Shown here: in pieces, positions 30,249 to 38,757 of the stretch
Layout: the number at the start of each line of letters is the position of its first letter
Position numbering within the stretch: position 1 is the stretch's first letter
DNA from: Thermoanaerobaculia bacterium
GTDB taxonomy: Bacteria; Acidobacteriota; Thermoanaerobaculia; UBA5066
DNA: 54,725 bases
Assembly (NCBI GenBank): GCA_035455045.1
Contig: DATIFW010000253.1
Coordinates: 1 to 54,725, forward strand
Direction: 5' to 3'
Position numbers and translations under genes: made by a program
Notes under the pieces: model-generated
The model's input: the letters and a program-made list of their open reading frames with translations, nothing else
The model's database searches: none
What the model was told of the DNA's origin: nothing

Positions 30249-31859
30249 ATGAGCCTCCATCCGTGGCAGCGCTATCAGGCCCTCTCCCTCCACGTGCCGA
30301 CGCTCTCGCTCCTCGTCGACCTCTCGAAGACGTGCCTCCAGGACGACGCGCTCCGTCGAGATCCGCTCGTCTCGACCGCTTTCCCCGCGGCCTTTGCCGC
30401 CATGGAGGCGCTCGAGGCCGGCGCGATCGCGAACCCCGACGAGAAAAGGCGCGTCGGCCACTACTGGCTGCGCGCGCCGGAGCGCGCTCCCGACGCGGAG
30501 ACGAAAGCGGCGATCCAGGAGACGCGGGGGCGGATCGAGGCCTTCGCGGAGGCCGTCCACGCGGGTGGCCTCGCGCCGCAGAAAGCCCCGCGCTTCACGA
30601 ATCTCCTCGTCGTCGGCATCGGCGGGTCGGCTCTCGGACCGCAATTCGTCGCGGACGCGCTCGGCTCGCCGCGCGACCCGCTCCGGCCGTTCTTCTTCGA
30701 TAACACGGATCCCGACGGCATGGCCCGCGAGCTGTCGCGCATCGCGTCCACCGAAGGCGGCCTTCCCGCGGCGCTCACGGTCGTGATCTCCAAGTCGGGC
30801 GGGACGAAGGAGACGCGGAACGGGATGCTCGAGGCGGCGGACGCCTACCGCCGCGCGGGCCTCGACTTCCAAAAGCACGCGGTCGCCGTCACGGGTCAAG
30901 GCAGCGAGCTCGACGAGGTCGCCGCGCGCGGGGGGTGGCTGAACCGGTTCCCGATGTGGGACTGGGTGGGCGGACGGACGTCGGAGCTCTCCGCCGTCGG
31001 CCTCCTGCCCGCGGCGCTCCAGGGCCTCGACGTGGACGGCCTTCTCGCCGGCGCCGCTGCGTGCGACGAGGCGACTCGCGTCCCGGAGGTCGCGAAGAAT
31101 CCGGCCGCGATGCTCGCGCTCGCGTGGTACCGCGAGACGGGCGGGCGCGGGCAGAAGGACATGGTCGTCCTCCCCTACAAGGACCGGCTCCTCCTCTTCT
31201 CGCGCTACCTCCAGCAGCTCGTCATGGAATCGCTCGGGAAGGAGAAGGACCTCGCGGGGAACGTCGTCCACCAGGGCATCGCCGTCTACGGCAACAAGGG
31301 CTCGACGGACCAGCACGCGTACGTGCAGCAGCTCCGCGAGGGCGTGCCGAACTTCTTCGTGACGTTCGTGGAGGTCGCGTGCGACCTCGAGAACGCCGCC
31401 GCGTCGCTCGCCGTCGAGCCCGACGTCACCTCGGGCGACTACCTCCACGGCTTTCTCCTCGGCACGCGGAAGGCGCTTTACGAGAACGGGCGCGGCTCGA
31501 TCACGCTGACGCTTCCGGACGCCTCCGCGCGTTCCGTCGGCGCCCTCATCGCGCTTTACGAAAGGACGGTCGGCCTCTACGCGCAGCTCGTCGGGATCAA
31601 CGCGTATCACCAGCCCGGGGTCGAGGCCGGGAAGAAAGCCGCGGCCGCAGTCCTCGCCTTGCAGGGAAGGCTCCTCGAGGATCTCCGCCGGGAGAAGGGC
31701 CTCTTCCGGACGGCCGAGCGCATCGCGGCCTCTCTCGGAGCGCCGGAGGAGACCGAGACCGTCTTCAAGGTGCTCGAGCACCTCGCGGCGAACCCCGACC
31801 ACGCCGTCGCGCGAAAGCCCGGCCCGACGCACTTCCTCGCGACATACGGGATCAGATGA
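30249..31859 (+). CDS. pgi: Glucose-6-phosphate isomerase
   Basis: '[13 protein letters not shown]', '[13 protein letters not shown]', '[14 protein letters not shown]', '[15 protein letters not shown]', '[13 protein letters not shown]'. Confidence 0.95.
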   Translation: MSLHPWQRYQALSLHVPTLSLLVDLSKTCLQDDALRRDPLVSTAFPAAFAAMEALEAGAIANPDEKRRVGHYWLRAPERAPDAETKAAIQETRGRIEAFAEAVHAGGLAPQKAPRFTNLLVVGIGGSALGPQFVADALGSPRDPLRPFFFDNTDPDGMARELSRIASTEGGLPAALTVVISKSGGTKETRNGMLEAADAYRRAGLDFQKHAVAVTGQGSELDEVAARGGWLNRFPMWDWVGGRTSELSAVGLLPAALQGLDVDGLLAGAAACDEATRVPEVAKNPAAMLALAWYRETGGRGQKDMVVLPYKDRLLLFSRYLQQLVMESLGKEKDLAGNVVHQGIAVYGNKGSTDQHAYVQQLREGVPNFFVTFVEVACDLENAAASLAVEPDVTSGDYLHGFLLGTRKALYENGRGSITLTLPDASARSVGALIALYERTVGLYAQLVGINAYHQPGVEAGKKAAAAVLALQGRLLEDLRREKGLFRTAERIAASLGAPEETETVFKVLEHLAANPDHAVARKPGPTHFLATYGIR

Positions 31860-33426
31860 AGAGGCGGTCACGCATGAGGACGCCTTCGAGCGGCTCTTTC
31901 GGGTCGCGGCAGATCCAGATCGGGCGGCCGTTCTCGTAGGGCATCGCGAGCGGGTGGCCGGTCCTGCCTGCCTCCTCGACTCTCTCGAAGACGGAGGTGA
32001 GCGTTTCGCGGCGTCCTCCGATCACGACGAGCGGACCTTTGAAGGGGGCGATCCGTTTCGCGTCCGCGACGCTCCAGAGCCAGTAGGAATTGTGCGGACA
32101 GAGGACCTTCGGTGCGCCGAGGAGAGCGCCGTATCTCTCCACCGCGGCCGCCTCGCCGTAGTTGCGCGCCCAGACGCGGGCCGTCTTCCGCTCGGCCTCC
32201 GAGAGCCTTCCCGCGACGCGGGCGACCTCCGCCGCCATCTCGGGCCATCCGAAGCGGTCCGCGAAGTGCTGCGGGAGAACGCCCTTCTCGTATCGCTCCG
32301 TCGCCGGCGCGCCGATGCCGAGGCGTCCCGCATAGAGGGCGAACGTCTCGGGCGAGAGGAGCGGGATCGCGAGGGGTGCGAGTCCGACGCCGGTCGCGAG
32401 GAGGACGGCCGCATAGGCGATCGCCGGCGCCGCGCGCCGGCCGCGGTGCAGGAGGCGTCCGGCCGCGACGCCGCCCGCGGCGAGGAGCGGCGCGAACGAA
32501 GCCGCGAGGTACTCGGCCTTGCTCGTCCGGTTGGCGAGCAGGATTCCGAGCGTCGCGAGAAAGACGACGCCGAGGGGACGGAAACTCCGCCCGTCCCGAG
32601 CCGCGAGGAGCCAGGCGAGGCCCGCGATCCAGACGGGCGCGGCGAGCGGGTGAAAGAAGAGAACGAGGTCCCTCGCGAACGTGAGGGGTGAGGACGGGAC
32701 GTACTTCTCCGCCGCCGCGCGGCGCATGAACTCGAGCGTGGCCCACCCGTGCGCCCAGTTCCAAAGGACGTATGGCGCGAGGCCGAGCGCCGCGATCCCG
32801 CCCGCGAGCCACGGCCCCGTCGTCCCGAGCCAGCGCCTCGCCGGCGTCAGGACGAGCCCGGCGGCGATCCCGAATGCCAGCCAGAGGACGCTGATTTTGT
32901 TCAGGAGACCGAGCGCGAGGACGAGGCCGAGGAGGAGCCAGAGACGCGCCGCGCGCAGGCCGGGCTCTTCCTCGAGGATCGCGGCGAGGAGCGTCGCGGC
33001 AAGCGTCCACAGCAGGACGTCGAAGGCGTTCATGGAGTAATAGCCCGTCAGCCCCAGCCACGCGGGCGAGACCGCCGCGACGAGCGCGGCGAGGCCCTGT
33101 GCGGCCGCCCCGCCGCCGAAGCGTCGCGCGAGGAGGCCCGTGAGGACGACGACGGCGGCGCCGCACAGGGCCGGCGGGACCATGAGGGCCGCGGCGGAGT
33201 CGCCGAACACGGCGCGCCACACGGCGAGGAAGAGGATCGAGAACGCCGGCTGATCGACGTATCCGGCGGCGGGGTGCCTCGCGCACGCGAGGTAGTACAG
33301 CTCGTCGCGGAAGATCCCGTACCGCCCCACCGACGCGGCGTGGAGCGCCAACTGCAGGGCGGCCGCGGCGGAGAGAACAGCCCATGCCGGGCGCGCCCGG
33401 GCACGGTCGAGCGACATCATGTCCAA
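31852..33426 (-). CDS. GT39/GT83-type (ArnT/PMT-like) integral-membrane glycosyltransferase
   Basis: '[34 protein letters not shown]' followed by about 10 TM helices and a C-terminal soluble domain. TTG 33426 or ATG 33420 start. Confidence 0.8.
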   Translation of the reverse strand: MDMMSLDRARARPAWAVLSAAAALQLALHAASVGRYGIFRDELYYLACARHPAAGYVDQPAFSILFLAVWRAVFGDSAAALMVPPALCGAAVVVLTGLLARRFGGGAAAQGLAALVAAVSPAWLGLTGYYSMNAFDVLLWTLAATLLAAILEEEPGLRAARLWLLLGLVLALGLLNKISVLWLAFGIAAGLVLTPARRWLGTTGPWLAGGIAALGLAPYVLWNWAHGWATLEFMRRAAAEKYVPSSPLTFARDLVLFFHPLAAPVWIAGLAWLLAARDGRSFRPLGVVFLATLGILLANRTSKAEYLAASFAPLLAAGGVAAGRLLHRGRRAAPAIAYAAVLLATGVGLAPLAIPLLSPETFALYAGRLGIGAPATERYEKGVLPQHFADRFGWPEMAAEVARVAGRLSEAERKTARVWARNYGEAAAVERYGALLGAPKVLCPHNSYWLWSVADAKRIAPFKGPLVVIGGRRETLTSVFERVEEAGRTGHPLAMPYENGRPIWICRDPKEPLEGVLMRDRLFI

Positions 33427-33457
33427 CTGATACGCGACGCGACCGGGCCGGTTCTCG

Positions 33458-33515
33458 GGGCTTTAGGCTCGGGACGAGGGCGTCGGAATCCTTTCCGGCG
33501 GCCGCCACGCTCCGG
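33458..33515 (-). repeat. Degenerate copy of the last ~20 codons of gene 37372-37950 (direct repeat copy A, non-coding remnant)
   Basis: Hand alignment of 33458-33515 against 37375-37432 gives 54/58 identical, including a 29-nt perfect run AATCCTTTCCGGCGGCCGCCACGCTCCGG. It would encode ...RSVAAAGKDSDALVPSLKP versus the genuine ...RSVAAAGKDFDALVASLKP*. Similarity decays with indels beyond 33516. Confidence 0.8.
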
Positions 33516-33576
33516 AAGGCGCGAAGCCGGGGGGCTGATCTTCCGCCCTTCGAAGACGGCTCGGGCTGACCGAGCC

Positions 33577-35037
33577 TCAGTCGATGGCCGGTAGCTCCGA
33601 TAGGCCGGCGGCCCGGACTTCTCGTCGCATGACGTCGTCGAGGGCGCGCGTCACGTCCTCTGACGGCGGGCGAGGCGGGCACTTCGCGAGCCGGCGCTCG
33701 ACCTCTTTCGCGGCCTCCTCGTGCGCCCAGGGGGCGCCCCGCGCTTCCCAGTCACCGTAGGTGTCGCGGGCCACGAGCGCCGACGGGACCGTGAGCTCCA
33801 GCCGCCAGTGCTTCCGGGTGTGGGGATGCGAGAGGAACTCGGCCGATTCGACGACCTGCCGGATCAGGCCGGCGGCGCCATCCCCGCCGCGGTCGATCCC
33901 GCGCACGAGCCGGAGCGCCATGCCGCAGGCCTCGTGGTCCAGGAGGAGCTTCTCGAACGACTGGCAGATCTCGAAATCGAGCATTCCGGGGCCCGAGACG
34001 ACGTTGATGCCGGCCAGAGCCGCGAGGAGCGCCCCCACCCCGCTCTCGAGTCCCGCCTGATAGTCGGGGCACTTCGAGTCCGAAAGCCCCATGTAGGCGT
34101 GCGTGGGAAGGCCGAGGCGCTTGCCGGCCTGCGACGAGGCGAGGTTGATCATCATCGTCTCCACGGCGCCCATCGGGGTCGTGCCGTGGCGCATGTCCAT
34201 CGCCGCAGGCGAGCCGCCCCAGATGATCGGCGAGCCGGGCCCCGCGAGCTGGTGGATGACGACGCCGCTCAGGTTCTCCGCGCACTGCTGGACTGACGCC
34301 TCGCGGAGCGTGACCGGCGACGTCGCTCCGGCCAGCGGCATGGAGACCAGCTCTGCTGGGATTCCCGTGCGGGCGCAGTCGACGAGCGCCTGGCAGGTCA
34401 GGTCGCTCCACTTCAGCGGAGGGCTCGGGCAGCAGTCGAACACGGCGAGGGGACGGCGCCTCAGCTCCGCGTCGCTGCCGCGCACGGCGAGGAGCAGCTC
34501 GCGCATGGGGGCGAAGCCATCCTTCCGAAACGTGCCGGTGACGACCGGCTTTTGGGCGCTGCGGAGGATGAGGTAGAGCCTGTAGCGGTCCGCAACCTCG
34601 CCCGGGACGTCACCCGGCGTCAGCGCCGTCGACTGGGCGGCGTAGTTCGGCAGGCCGTCGACGAGGCGGGCGAACCGGACGACGTCCCTGGTCGCGATCG
34701 CCCGGCGTCGTCCGGTGGAAGCGTCGAAGAGATGAATGGCCGCGGAGCCGGGATCGAAATGGACCCGATCTCCGCCGAGGTCCATCGCGGGAGCGCCGTC
34801 CCGATCGAAAAGCTCGATGCGCGACGGAACCTTCGCCAGCGCCTCGCGAGCCATCGTTTCCGGAATCCTGAAGCGGCCGCCCGCTTCCGAGGCTCCCCCG
34901 TCCCGGAGAAGGGCCTGCGCGTCCTGGTTCTCGACGAGGACCCCCGACTCCGAAAGAACGTCGAAGGCGTCCTGCAAGACGCTCTCGACGTCAACGGACG
35001 AAAGAAGCGACACGGTGGGTCTCAACGGCGTTGCCAT
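33577..35037 (-). CDS. MttB-superfamily (trimethylamine methyltransferase family) substrate:corrinoid methyltransferase, non-pyrrolysine type
   Basis: 486-aa uninterrupted ORF. TIM-barrel MttB-like blocks 'VHFDPGSAAIHLFD', 'LAVFDCCPSPPLKWSD', 'PAELVSMPLAGATSPVTL', 'IIWGGSPAAMDMRHGTTPMGAVE', 'VVSGPGMLDFEICQSFEKLLLDHE'. No in-frame TAG. Confidence 0.85.
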   Translation of the reverse strand: MATPLRPTVSLLSSVDVESVLQDAFDVLSESGVLVENQDAQALLRDGGASEAGGRFRIPETMAREALAKVPSRIELFDRDGAPAMDLGGDRVHFDPGSAAIHLFDASTGRRRAIATRDVVRFARLVDGLPNYAAQSTALTPGDVPGEVADRYRLYLILRSAQKPVVTGTFRKDGFAPMRELLLAVRGSDAELRRRPLAVFDCCPSPPLKWSDLTCQALVDCARTGIPAELVSMPLAGATSPVTLREASVQQCAENLSGVVIHQLAGPGSPIIWGGSPAAMDMRHGTTPMGAVETMMINLASSQAGKRLGLPTHAYMGLSDSKCPDYQAGLESGVGALLAALAGINVVSGPGMLDFEICQSFEKLLLDHEACGMALRLVRGIDRGGDGAAGLIRQVVESAEFLSHPHTRKHWRLELTVPSALVARDTYGDWEARGAPWAHEEAAKEVERRLAKCPPRPPSEDVTRALDDVMRREVRAAGLSELPAID

Positions 35038-35044
35038 CAGCTCG

Positions 35045-35740
35045 TCACCTCGCGGGAAGAACGCGATGCCCTCCTCCGGCGGGCCGCCGGTAGCGACAGT
35101 GCGGGAGGCCGCAGGTGTCGCATCCGGAGAGCCCGGACCTCGGCGCCCGCTCGGCGCCGATCCAGAGGGCGAAGGAGATCGACTTGCGCGGAACCATCAT
35201 CATGGACGAATTCAAGGAGACGCCGAGCGCCTCGTGAGGGAGGAAGGAGAAAAGGGCCTTCTGGGCGGACAGGGGCCACCGGCCGTACCCGGGGCTGACC
35301 CGGCAGCCGACGTCCAGCTCCCCGCTTGTCCTGCCGCCGACGACCCGCGCGCTCAGCCTGTTCGCGGCTTCCTCGGCGGCGGCACTTCCCGCGGCGTCCA
35401 GCAGGAGGGCGCGCGAATCCTCTCCCCGGCCGAGAAGCTCCGTCACGCGGCGCTCGATCCCGCCGCCCGCGGTGACGAGGCCGAGGACGAGGCCGTCGGC
35501 GGGTTCCGCCGGGAGGCCGACCTCGCCGGCCGAGGAGACTGGCAGTCTCCGGAACCCGCCACGCGCGGCCGCGAGCGAGCGGGCCTCGCGAAGGGCGTCT
35601 TTCAAAAGGGGCTCGAGCCGCGTCGCCGGGCGCCGTCCCTTCGGATAGCCGAGGAAGTGGAGGACCTCGCTCTCCGGAATGGAGAGTCGAAGCCGCGAGA
35701 CGATCACGGGGCGGCCTGCCGACGAAGCGGCAGACGACAT
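35045..35740 (-). CDS. Stand-alone homologue of the methionine synthase (MetH) reactivation/AdoMet-binding domain
   Basis: 'RVSPGYGRWPLSAQKALFSFLPHEALGVSLNSSMMMVPRKSISFALWIG' parallels '[52 protein letters not shown]' in the metH of this window. C-terminal 'CDTCGLPHC'. ATG 35740 lies 23 nt after the upstream stop. The stop lies 7 nt before the mttB start. Confidence 0.7.
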   Translation of the reverse strand: MSSAASSAGRPVIVSRLRLSIPESEVLHFLGYPKGRRPATRLEPLLKDALREARSLAAARGGFRRLPVSSAGEVGLPAEPADGLVLGLVTAGGGIERRVTELLGRGEDSRALLLDAAGSAAAEEAANRLSARVVGGRTSGELDVGCRVSPGYGRWPLSAQKALFSFLPHEALGVSLNSSMMMVPRKSISFALWIGAERAPRSGLSGCDTCGLPHCRYRRPAGGGHRVLPAR

Positions 35741-35763
35741 CGCATCGTGCCTCGGGAGGCGGG

Positions 35764-36654
35764 TCACGGTCGGGACTCCTTCGAGTGGAGACGGCGCGCG
35801 AGCGCCCGGATGAAGCGCGGATCGGTTCCGCAGCATCCGCCGACCAGCTCGACGCCGAGGGAGGCGACCCGAGCCATCTCCTCGGCGAAGGCCTCCGGCG
35901 CCTGCGAGTAGAAGACGGCGCCGCCCTGCATCTCGGGCGCCCCGGCATTGGGCTGGATGACGAGCGGGAGACCCACCGCGGCGCGGGACTCCTCGGCGAG
36001 CAGCCGCATGTCGGCGCTGGCGAGCGTGCAGTTCGCGCCGACGGCGTCGGCCCCCGCCTCGCCGAGCGATCGGAGCGATCCCGCCAGTGCGTCTCCCATG
36101 ATCGTGAAGAAGCCGCGCTTCTTCCTCTCGAAGGTCAGCGACACCATCACGGGAAGGGAAGAAGCGCTTTCCTTCAAGGCTTCGAGGGCGATCAGGGCCT
36201 CGCGCAGGTCCGTCATGGTCTCGACGTGCAGGGCGTCCGGCGCGGCGGCGGCCAGCGCCCGCCCCTGCCGAACGAAGGCCTCCTTCCAGGACCGTCGGTC
36301 GCCCGTCCCGACCGGAGGGAGATATTCGCCCGTGGGACCGACGTCCGCGAGGACGAAACGTGCGCCGGATTCCCGGGCGAGCCGGACTGCTTCCGCGTTG
36401 AGCGCCTCGCACCGGTCGGCGAGAGAGGACCGTGCGAGCCGGATCGCGTTCGCCCCGAAGGTCGCCGTGTGAACGGCGTCGCTCCCGGCGCCGACGTAAT
36501 CGCCATGCGCACGGCGGACGTCGTCGGGGCGCGAAAGGACCCACGACTCGGGCGCCTCGCCTCCGCCGAGCCCTCGCGCGATGAGCAGGCTTCCAAGGCC
36601 TCCATCCAGGAGTGTCGTCTCTCGGCGGCGCAGGCGCTCGGCGAAGGCGTTCAC
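35764..36654 (-). CDS. Zn-dependent homocysteine/thiol S-methyltransferase domain protein (PF02574 type)
   Basis: 'TLLDGGLGSLL', 'VGANCTLAS', 'LVGGCCGTDPRFIRAL' (Cys and Cys-Cys zinc ligands). Same three motifs as in the metH and Hcy-MT/MTHFR genes of this window. GTG start at 36654, 25 nt after the corrinoid-protein stop. Confidence 0.85.
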   Translation of the reverse strand: MNAFAERLRRRETTLLDGGLGSLLIARGLGGGEAPESWVLSRPDDVRRAHGDYVGAGSDAVHTATFGANAIRLARSSLADRCEALNAEAVRLARESGARFVLADVGPTGEYLPPVGTGDRRSWKEAFVRQGRALAAAAPDALHVETMTDLREALIALEALKESASSLPVMVSLTFERKKRGFFTIMGDALAGSLRSLGEAGADAVGANCTLASADMRLLAEESRAAVGLPLVIQPNAGAPEMQGGAVFYSQAPEAFAEEMARVASLGVELVGGCCGTDPRFIRALARRLHSKESRP

Positions 36655-36679
36655 ACGGATCTTCCCGTCTTGATGATGA

Positions 36680-37324
36680 TCAGGCGCGCCGGGAGGCGTT
36701 TGCCAGCGACTCGGCGACCGCGACGGCGCGAAGGGCGTTCTCCGCCCAGGCTGCGCCGATCTGCGCGGCCCAGGCCGCCGTCGTCGGCGCGCCGCCGACG
36801 AGAAGCCGCGGCCGCGGAGCGAGCCCGAGGGATGGAATGCCATCCGCGATGGCCTTCTGGACCGGCATCGTGGTTGTCAGGAGCGCCGAGGCCGCGATGA
36901 TGTCGGCGCCGTTCTCCTTCGCCCGTGCGAGGAAGCGGTCGACGGACACGTCGCTTCCGAGGTCGTCCACCTCGAATCCCCCAGCCGAGAGGAGCGTCGC
37001 GACGAGAGTCTTCCCGATGTCGTGGAGGTCGCCCTGGACCGTTCCGATGACGACCCGGCCCTTCGAGACCTGTCCACCGTGGCTCTTCCGAAGCGCGGGC
37101 TGGAGGACGCCCATGGCGGCTTTCATCGCCTCCGCGCCCTGGACCAGCTCCGGAAGGAAGTACTCCCCTTCTTCCCAGAGATCGCCCACCTTTCTGATCC
37201 CGGCCGCAAATCCCTGCTCGATCGCCGCGACGAGGTCGCCGTCGGCGTCGACGACTCCTTCGGCCAGCCTCCTCGCCCGAGGCGCGTCCCCCTGGACGAC
37301 GGCTTCCCTCATCTCTCTGTACAT
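36680..37324 (-). CDS. Corrinoid (cobalamin-binding) protein, MtgC/MtbC/MetH-B12-domain type
   Basis: Cap helix region 'AIEQGFAAGIRKVGDLWEEGEYFLPELV'. Base-off/His-on motif 'GTVQGDLHDIGK' (DxHxxG), 'SALLTTT', 'LVGGAP'. ATG 37324 is preceded by GGAG. Confidence 0.9.
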   Translation of the reverse strand: MYREMREAVVQGDAPRARRLAEGVVDADGDLVAAIEQGFAAGIRKVGDLWEEGEYFLPELVQGAEAMKAAMGVLQPALRKSHGGQVSKGRVVIGTVQGDLHDIGKTLVATLLSAGGFEVDDLGSDVSVDRFLARAKENGADIIAASALLTTTMPVQKAIADGIPSLGLAPRPRLLVGGAPTTAAWAAQIGAAWAENALRAVAVAESLANASRRA

Positions 37325-37371
37325 CAGGACCTGCTCCAGACTCCCATTCTCCGACTCTTCAATGTTCGATT

Positions 37372-37950
37372 TCAGGGTTTGAGGCTCGCGACGAGGGCGT
37401 CGAAATCCTTTCCGGCGGCCGCCACGCTCCGGCGCGGGCCGGTGAGCTTGAAGAACAGGGCTCCGTTCGGTCCCTCGGCGATCGCGCCGCGGAGCGCAAA
37501 GCCGCTCTTCGCAGCCGGCGAGGCGCCCATTCCCGTTCCCGCGGAGTACGTTCCCGCAGCCGTCACGAGCGTCACGGGCAGCGAGCCGACGCGCATGAGA
37601 CTGCGAGTGGGCTTCGGGTCGCCGGCCGCGGCCGCGAACTGCGAGAACCACCGCTCCACGTTCGCGTCCACGCTCCCGCCCTTGCCCGGGCCGAACCAGA
37701 AGACGGCCATCTCCGGCTTTTCGGCGTCCCCCGCCGAGGCGGGAAGGAAGTACGTCGCGAGCCTCATCGCGGACGACGGCCCGGGCACCCACGCCTTCGG
37801 CACCGCCCACGTCAGCCCGCCGCCGGAGGTCACGGGGAAGACGGGCGCCGGTGTCGCGGCAGCGGCGGGCGGGGAGGCATGCGACGAGACGAGCTGGGCG
37901 AGTAGCGCGAGGACGGCGGAGACCTGCATGAGGCCATGATATTTCGTCAT
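37372..37950 (-). CDS. Secreted hypothetical protein
   Basis: Signal '[25 protein letters not shown]'. GGAGG lies immediately upstream of ATG 37950. I recognise no family. Its 3' end is the parent of the repeat. Confidence 0.6.
   Translation of the reverse strand: MTKYHGLMQVSAVLALLAQLVSSHASPPAAAATPAPVFPVTSGGGLTWAVPKAWVPGPSSAMRLATYFLPASAGDAEKPEMAVFWFGPGKGGSVDANVERWFSQFAAAAGDPKPTRSLMRVGSLPVTLVTAAGTYSAGTGMGASPAAKSGFALRGAIAEGPNGALFFKLTGPRRSVAAAGKDFDALVASLKP
37375..37432 (-). repeat. Direct repeat copy B (the functional 3' end of gene 37372-37950)
   Basis: See copy A at 33458-33515. Same orientation, 3917 nt apart. Confidence 0.8.
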
Positions 37951-38703
37951 ACTGCCTCCGTGGCGAGCCTCTCGGACCTGTCGCGAAAGAACCGCCTCTT
38001 CATGGCGATGTACCGGTACCGCACCCTCGATCCCGTGCCGTTCACGAGGCTCGCGAAACCGATCGAAAAGGCGAGCGTCGCGCTCGTGACGACGGGCGGC
38101 GTTCACCTGCCGTCGCAGGTTCCGTTCGACACCGAGTTGAAGGGCTGCGACGTGTCGTTCCGCGAGATCCCGGCGGACGTGGACGTTGCGACGCTCGGAA
38201 TCGCGCACAAATCCGATGCGTTCGACCAGAGCGGATTCCTCGCGGACCGCAATCTCGGCTTTCCGCTCGTGAGGCTGCGCGAGATGGCCGCGCGCGGCGA
38301 GATCGGCTCGCTGACCGCCCGCGCGCTCTCGTTCATGGGCTCGATCACGGCGCCCGGGCGGCTCGTGAAGGAGACGGCGCCTGCGGCCGCCGCGCTCCTC
38401 CAGGCGGACGGCGCCGACGCGGCGTTCCTCGTCCCGCTTTGACCCTTGTGCCATCAGACCGTCGGTCTGATCGCGGGCGAGCTCGAGCGGCGCGGCATCG
38501 CGACGACGTCCGTCACGATGCTCCGTGAGGTCACGGTGAAGGTGCGGACGCCGCGCGCCCTCGCGGTGCCGTACGCGCTCGGCTATCCGCTCGGGAAGCC
38601 GGGCGACCCCGCGCTCCAGACCCGGATCCTCCGGGCTGCCCTCCGACTCCTCGACGCCCCGGGGCCCCCTCCCGTCTTGCGCGACTTCGAAGACAGTGAG
38701 TAA
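37936..38703 (+). CDS. Probable selenoprotein of the glycine/sarcosine/betaine/D-proline reductase subunit B family (PrdB-like, ~255 aa) with in-frame UGA (Sec) at 38440-38442
   Basis: Track ORFs 37936-38442 and 38446-38703 are in the same frame and are separated only by TGA plus one codon. Read-through gives '...[37 protein letters not shown]...', a U-x-x-C motif at the position where PrdB/GrdB carry Sec. Flanking blocks '[10 protein letters not shown]', 'SFREIP', '[19 protein letters not shown]' fit the family as I remember it. The start is uncertain (ATG 37936, GTG 37960 or ATG 38002). Confidence 0.65.
38453..38471 (+). promoter_or_regulatory. SECIS-like hairpin 10 nt downstream of the in-frame UGA
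   Basis: AUCAGACC-GUC-GGUCUGAU: a perfect 8-bp stem, or 7 bp with a CGUCG loop, with G-U in the apical loop. This is the position expected for a bacterial SECIS. Confidence 0.5.
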
Positions 38704-38726
38704 GAGAGCGATTGGCGCGGAAGGGC

Positions 38727-38757
38727 ATCAGGGACCCGGCCCTCGGGTTTCCCTGAT
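38727..38757. terminator. Hairpin between the convergent selenoprotein and purD genes
   Basis: ATCAGGGA-CCCG-GCCCT-CGGG-TT-TCCCTGAT, giving 8 + 4 bp of stem. It abuts the purD stop. There is no clear U-tract on either strand, so terminator function is uncertain. Confidence 0.35.

Noticed and set aside
31868-33682. 604-aa minus-strand ORF overlapping the GT39 gene.
   Set aside because: It is an Arg-rich alternative frame of the GT39 gene. Its only meaningful part is the short stretch that translates the repeat remnant (AAGKDSDALVPSLKP), which I report as a repeat and not as a gene.
33577-35037. Pyrrolysine (in-frame UAG) in the MttB homologue.
   Set aside because: The ORF is uninterrupted from ATG to stop with no internal TAG. 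It belongs to the non-Pyl branch.
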